From positions 448,001 to 512,000 of the forward strand of contig CAVVXN010000002.1 in NCBI GenBank assembly GCA_963752285.1: a stretch of DNA of 64,000 bases. The letters run 5' to 3'. The position numbers and the translations under genes are program-made. The stretch's first letter is position 1. Every line of letters begins with the position of its first letter. Of the stretch, positions 61,196-64,000 are shown in pieces. The notes under the pieces were generated by a model. It had not been told where the DNA came from. It was given only the letters and a program-made list of their open reading frames with translations, and did not search any database. The stretch comes from an uncultured Planctomycetota bacterium (GTDB lineage Bacteria; Planctomycetota; PLA2; JAEUHO01).

Positions 61196-64000
61196 ATGTC
61201 ACGCTCCCGTGTCGTGGGGATCTCCCTCACCCTTCTTGCCTCGGTCGTCCTCGCGTCTTGCGGTGGCAGCGGCCAGGGCCTCCGGATGCCGAGCGACTCG
61301 GTCCGGTTCCTGAGCACGTCGCTTCCGGCGATGACGTCGGGCGTGCCCTACGACTACCAGATCCCGCTCACCGGCGGTTGCGGCGGCCCCTACGTGATGA
61401 AGACGATCTCGGGCGGGCTGCCCGCTGGGCTCGTGTTCGACCCCCAGAACCACGCGATCCGGGGTACGCCGCTCGTAGACGGGGTGTTCTCCTTCGAGAT
61501 CCAGATCCAGGACACCGGTTGCAACCCATTCTCGGCCGCGGCGGCCAAGTTCAGCGCGAACGTCACGGTCGGAGCCGTCACCGTCGTGGACGTCCTGCAG
61601 GACGGGAACCCGAGCCTCTCTGCGCCCGGAACGGCACCCGAGTTCCCCGACCTGCCCGCGCTCCCGAACACGGTCTACAACGAGTTCACCTCGCTGCACT
61701 TCCTCTGCGCCGGCGGGCAGGGGCCCTACACGATGAAGATCGCCGACGACCCTGCGAACCCCGACGATGGCGCACTTCCCCTGGGCGTGAGCGTCGCGCC
61801 GAAGTCCACCGATCTCGTGGGGTCTCCGGCGGAGGTGGGCCCGAACGAAGGACCGTTCTGCCTGACGTTCGACGTCCAGGACTCCCTGGGCAACACCTCT
61901 CGCTTCACCTGCTGCTGGCGGGTGGACACGCCGCCGATCCTGGTGGCCGTCACGAGCCTCGCGAACGGCGCCTGCGGCCAGGTCTACAGCGAGCAGCTCT
62001 CGGTCAGCGGCGGCGTCCCGCCCTTCTCCCACGAGCTCGTGGAGAAGGGGCTTCCCCTCGACTACACGATCGACCGCGGACCGAACCCGTCCAATCCCTC
62101 GGCCGACGTGATCTTCGAGCCCGGGGCGGAGCCTACGGTCAACCCGCCGGAGGCGCTGAACCGCATCGACTCGTGGGTCTACCCCGCGCCCGCCGCGCTG
62201 GGCCCCAACTATGCGGCCTCGAATCCGGGCGCTCCGCCCGAGGGCGTCTACATCGTCGAGGACACGGGCTCCCTCCGCGGCATCCCGCGTCGCCGCGGCG
62301 CCTTCCTGATCCACTACCACGTCAAGAGCGCGCTGGTCCCCCTGAGCTTCGGACAGCACGCCTGGCGCTCGTTCAACGTCACCTTCTCCCCGGCCCCGGC
62401 TCCCGCGCAGAACCCCGCCTACACGGTGGAGGGCTCGTTCTCCTCCATCCCGCCCTACGCCCGCGTCCCCGAGATGCAGCAGGGGCAGGTCTACAACCCC
62501 GACGCCGGACCGCTCGGGCTCCAGCTCCTCGCCACGGGTGGCGTGCCCCAGGACGGCTACTCGGACCATCCGCACAAGAGCCAGATCGACAGCGACCCGG
62601 TCGTCGGCGAGACCGCCGGCGCCTACCTCTGGTCGATCGACTGGGACCCCGACGGCCTCGGAAGCAGCCAACCGCTGCACGTGGAGTTCCTCCCGTCGGG
62701 CGTCCTCCGGCCGGTCACCGGCGAGGAGGCGAACCTGGTCCCGCAGGCTCCCGCGGCCATCGCCGTCACCGCGCAGGACTTCGCCCTTCCACAGTCTCTC
62801 GCCGGCACGCAGACGCAGAAGGTGCGCCTCGGCATCGGGCCGGACCGGATCATCGTGACCCAGTCCACGACCTCCTACACGAGCGACTACTACACCATGG
62901 CGTTGAACGACCCCGTCATGACGGTGCGCATGATGCTGCCGTACACGTCGGGCGCTCAGCTCCGGAACCTGAACGACTCCGATCTCGTAGGCAACGGCAC
63001 CGACCGCATCCCGCTGCCGACGGAGATCGGTTCGAGCACCTCGATCTCCACGCTGCTCACGAACATCGACATCGTGCGTGTGTCGGTCAACCCGACGGGT
63101 TGGTGGGACGACACCAACGCCCTGAACCCGCGAGGCGCGCGCCCGTGGCAGCACGGTGACCGCAACGAGTACTACCCGTACTACGGCATCGGCTACAACG
63201 GCAACACGTACGACATCTACGGCTACAACTCGGACCAGGTCCAGCCGTCCGCCACGGCGGTTCGGCTGCCGGCCTGCACGTCTTCGGCGGTCACGGCCGA
63301 CCTCCAGACCGGCGTGTACACGGACGGCGGCAAGCTCTACGTCTTCGACGCCGCCTCCTACTTCGGGATCTTCATCATCCGCAAGGACGGTCGCATCTAC
63401 GTCCCGGCCGCGTTCTCGAAGTCCGGGACGTGGAGCTCCTTCGGCGACAACTGGATGGAGTCCTACTCGACCAGCACCTCGCAGCTGAGCCTCGTGAAGA
63501 TCCCGCAGATGACCGTGAGCCCGGACGGCCGCTTCGCGGCGTTCAAGCTGCGGCGTTCGCTCAACCAGTGGGAGAACGCGAGCTCGTCGGGCATCCTGCT
63601 CATCTCCCTGACGGGGGAGCGGGTCGGTGGCTGGGGTGACGACGTCCACCACGTCATCTCGACGGGCTCGGACGGGAGCTGGTCCCAGGGCGAGATCGTC
63701 TTCGCCTCGAGCCTCACCCTGACCGGCCAGTACCTGTACTACCTGGTCGGCAGCGGAAGCACCGACTACATGCACTTCCGCGACCACTACATCTATCGCG
63801 CCGACATCACGTCGGGCGCCTCGGCGGGCGCGCTGCTCCACCCGGGCTTCTCCTCGGCCTGGCCGAACAGCCCGGGCAGTCCGATGCAGACGCCCTTCCA
63901 GTGCTTCTCGCGATCGTTCGGGTCGTCGAGCGGCCCGGACATGGTGATGATCTCGACGTACGGCTACAACGGGTTCGAGGCGTCGCTCGCCCCGCACCCG
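61196..64000 (+). CDS. Large surface lipoprotein with putative Ig (He_PIG-like) domains, truncated by the window end
   Basis: AAGGAGAGG RBS, ATG 61196, MSRSRVVGISLTLLASVVLASCGGSG lipobox; STSLP..GVPY..GGCGGPY..SGGLPAGL..IRGTP Ig motif repeated; frame appears open to 64000 and is absent from the ORF track. Confidence 0.85.
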   Translation, partial: MSRSRVVGISLTLLASVVLASCGGSGQGLRMPSDSVRFLSTSLPAMTSGVPYDYQIPLTGGCGGPYVMKTISGGLPAGLVFDPQNHAIRGTPLVDGVFSFEIQIQDTGCNPFSAAAAKFSANVTVGAVTVVDVLQDGNPSLSAPGTAPEFPDLPALPNTVYNEFTSLHFLCAGGQGPYTMKIADDPANPDDGALPLGVSVAPKSTDLVGSPAEVGPNEGPFCLTFDVQDSLGNTSRFTCCWRVDTPPILVAVTSLANGACGQVYSEQLSVSGGVPPFSHELVEKGLPLDYTIDRGPNPSNPSADVIFEPGAEPTVNPPEALNRIDSWVYPAPAALGPNYAASNPGAPPEGVYIVEDTGSLRGIPRRRGAFLIHYHVKSALVPLSFGQHAWRSFNVTFSPAPAPAQNPAYTVEGSFSSIPPYARVPEMQQGQVYNPDAGPLGLQLLATGGVPQDGYSDHPHKSQIDSDPVVGETAGAYLWSIDWDPDGLGSSQPLHVEFLPSGVLRPVTGEEANLVPQAPAAIAVTAQDFALPQSLAGTQTQKVRLGIGPDRIIVTQSTTSYTSDYYTMALNDPVMTVRMMLPYTSGAQLRNLNDSDLVGNGTDRIPLPTEIGSSTSISTLLTNIDIVRVSVNPTGWWDDTNALNPRGARPWQHGDRNEYYPYYGIGYNGNTYDIYGYNSDQVQPSATAVRLPACTSSAVTADLQTGVYTDGGKLYVFDAASYFGIFIIRKDGRIYVPAAFSKSGTWSSFGDNWMESYSTSTSQLSLVKIPQMTVSPDGRFAAFKLRRSLNQWENASSSGILLISLTGERVGGWGDDVHHVISTGSDGSWSQGEIVFASSLTLTGQYLYYLVGSGSTDYMHFRDHYIYRADITSGASAGALLHPGFSSAWPNSPGSPMQTPFQCFSRSFGSSSGPDMVMISTYGYNGFEASLAPHP

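Overview
This is a very GC-rich bacterial window. Gene content (membrane-anchored ECF sigma factor with a long C-terminal extension, MoxR, System II cytochrome c maturation) suggests Planctomycetota, but that is inference only. 1-11.5 kb holds housekeeping genes: RluA synthase, TrmH, rsgA, folC, aroB, STAS-PilZ-like, MoxR and a TatD-radical SAM fusion. 11.6-34.3 kb is a multiheme-cytochrome island that looks like an extracellular electron transfer conduit. It has ccsA/ccsB-type maturation genes, an Rrf2 regulator, a cytochrome c554-like tetraheme, an outer-membrane beta-barrel, a 17-heme lipoprotein, a CbcL-like 11-heme/cytochrome b fusion, MauE and thioredoxin proteins, two surface lipoprotein cytochromes built from a shared pentaheme module, and a TolB/TPR monoheme protein (51 CxxCH plus 1 CxxxCH counted by eye). 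It also carries a 7-copy ~50-bp palindromic tandem array and a Fur-like box. 35.4-47.3 kb is a candidate conflict/defence locus: DUF4062 fused to a degenerate SIR2, an nSTAND1 NTPase with two FlhA/FHIPEP-like domains plus TPR-like repeats, and a convergent TPR-kinase / HEPN-TPR-S / FHA-trypsin cluster. 47-64 kb holds accessory genes, a sigma-54 activator, an HNH protein, the large ECF fusion, tRNA-Cys with an adjacent degenerate tRNA-Gly-like sequence, and an Ig-domain lipoprotein running off the window end. All family assignments come from motif recognition by eye; no searches were run.
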